A DNA stretch of 64,000 nt, taken from the NCBI GenBank assembly GCA_047601445.1, contig JASGJH010000001.1, positions 2,432,001 through 2,496,000 of the forward strand, read 5' to 3'. The notes below the pieces were generated by a model, which was given only the letters and a program-made list of their open reading frames with translations, did no database searches and had not been told where the DNA came from. Made by a program: the position numbers and the translations under genes. This document shows positions 62,728 through 64,000 of the stretch, piece by piece (positions within the stretch are counted from its first letter, which is position 1; each line of letters starts with the position of its first letter). The stretch is from Myxococcales bacterium. GTDB taxonomy: Bacteria; Myxococcota_A; Polyangia; Polyangiales; DASUME01.

Positions 62728-63618
62728 TCAGCGCACCACCAGGAAGTAGCCGGCCCAGAAGAGCGCGATGAGCCCTGCTCCGATGGCGCCGGCTTTCCAG
62801 AGCAGACGCTCCGCGGTTCGGGTCAGCTGGGCCTGGACCGTGGCCAGCGCGCGCGCGGGGTCCAGTTGCATTAACCTGGCTGTGGCGTCGTCCAGCACCT
62901 CGAGCACGCCCACCCGCGCTTGCAGGCGGATGATGAAGGGAACCCGCGGGGCCAGGAACATGGCGCGCTCGCCGAGCAGGAGCGCCTGATCGGCACGCGC
63001 GGTCACGGACTTCACCCGCGCGGAGAGCCCGGACTCTGCGCCAATGCGGTGCGCGTCGCGGGCGAGGGAGGAAAACTCGGTGAAGCGGACGCCCTCGACT
63101 CGAGACTGCTCGGGATGGGCGCGTTGCCAGCGCTCGATGAGCTCTTTCAGCTGCTCTTCTTGCTGTGGGTCCAGAAGCTTGCGTACGAGGGCCCAGATCT
63201 CCTGGCTTGCCGTGTTCAACACGTCGAGCAAGCCCTCAGCCTCGTCTCCTGCCACGTGGGTCCACTGCGAAGCACAGGCGTCGCGACACAGCGTGACGAA
63301 CACCACCATGTCGAGCAGGCTCACCTCCGGGTCCGAGCCGGCTGCGATGTCGAGCGCTGCCGAGCTGCAATAGAGGGCACGCCGCAAGGCCAGCTCGTGC
63401 AACGGTGAGCGCCGATCTTGGGTCCACGCATCCGTTACCTGAGTGATCCGCTCGATGAACGAGGTCGCGAAGCGCTGCAGATCCTCCTGCACCTCGACCT
63501 GCGCGAGCTGGCCGTTGGGTGACGACGCTTCGCGCGCAGAGGAGAAGCTACGCGCCAGAAATCCACCGCCACGCTGGCGCCAGCGCTGTAGGGGCCTCGA
63601 AGACGGTCCGTCCGACAT
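62728..63618 (-). CDS. Hypothetical helical protein with C-terminal TM (start uncertain)
   Basis: Long ORF with coding-like codon bias; C-terminal hydrophobic segment. Confidence 0.6.
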   Translation of the reverse strand: MSDGPSSRPLQRWRQRGGGFLARSFSSAREASSPNGQLAQVEVQEDLQRFATSFIERITQVTDAWTQDRRSPLHELALRRALYCSSAALDIAAGSDPEVSLLDMVVFVTLCRDACASQWTHVAGDEAEGLLDVLNTASQEIWALVRKLLDPQQEEQLKELIERWQRAHPEQSRVEGVRFTEFSSLARDAHRIGAESGLSARVKSVTARADQALLLGERAMFLAPRVPFIIRLQARVGVLEVLDDATARLMQLDPARALATVQAQLTRTAERLLWKAGAIGAGLIALFWAGYFLVVR

Positions 63619-63663
63619 GCGGATTGCGCTCCTCTCGTTCGTTCGCATCCCAGGTGCGTGTGC

Positions 63664-64000
63664 TCAAGTCCTGACCGGGCGCGTGAGGCCGGTCTCCGCG
63701 AAGAAGCCGAGCAACGCCGCACCGAAGGCGATGCCATAGACGCCAAGCAAGAGCATCTTCACGCGCACATCGATCGCCGACTCTGCAAACAAGCCCACGC
63801 CCACGGCCAGCGACGCGAGCCCCGCCATCCAAGCGCAGAAGCTCGAGGTCCGGCCCGTCTCGCGGCAGAGCTGCCTCCCGCCCACCACCTCCGCCACGCC
63901 GATCGCGATGCAGCGCAGCGCGAGCACCAGGAAGACGAGCCCCACGTAGCGCGAGCCCACCAGGGCCAGTACGCCGGTGCCGATGCTGATCACACCCTCC
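63664..64000 (-). CDS. HdeD/DUF308-like multi-TM membrane protein (5' end outside window)
   Basis: Open frame to the window edge; repeated hydrophobic helices EGVISIGTGVLAL, AGLASLAVGV, LGVYGIAFG. Confidence 0.55.
   Translation of the reverse strand, partial: EGVISIGTGVLALVGSRYVGLVFLVLALRCIAIGVAEVVGGRQLCRETGRTSSFCAWMAGLASLAVGVGLFAESAIDVRVKMLLLGVYGIAFGAALLGFFAETGLTRPVRT

Overview
High-GC, gene-dense bacterial chromosomal segment. The gene repertoire (FHA proteins, a Hanks-type pseudokinase, three PilT paralogues, an Hsp70 paralogue with an insertion, Cys-rich lipoproteins, S-x-R-P-rich linkers) points to Myxococcota, probably Polyangiales; this is inference. About 52 CDS are supported. They include housekeeping genes (gyrA, pgi, lon, gpsA, deaD, rlmB, guaA, mfd), a two-component pair and an MlaF-MlaE-MlaE-MlaF-MlaD lipid ABC transporter. 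I saw no rRNA, tRNA, CRISPR array or mobile element. The standout is a tightly coupled 10-gene minus-strand lipid-biosynthesis operon (38816-50128): degenerate HAD, fatty acyl reductase, second reductase, pyruvyltransferase-family protein, two acyl-AMP ligases, crotonase, ACP, DAG-kinase-like protein and acyltransferase. It resembles a split version of the myxobacterial ElbD ether-lipid assembly line with extra enzymes, and could make an ether lipid by an undescribed PEP-dependent route. Other points of note: complementary degenerate ATP sites in the two Mla ATPases, several apparent pseudoenzymes, a 28-bp Z-DNA/cruciform-prone tract upstream of gyrA, and four single-base-insertion frameshifts that are most likely sequencing errors. 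All protein calls are from motif recognition by eye; no database search was run.
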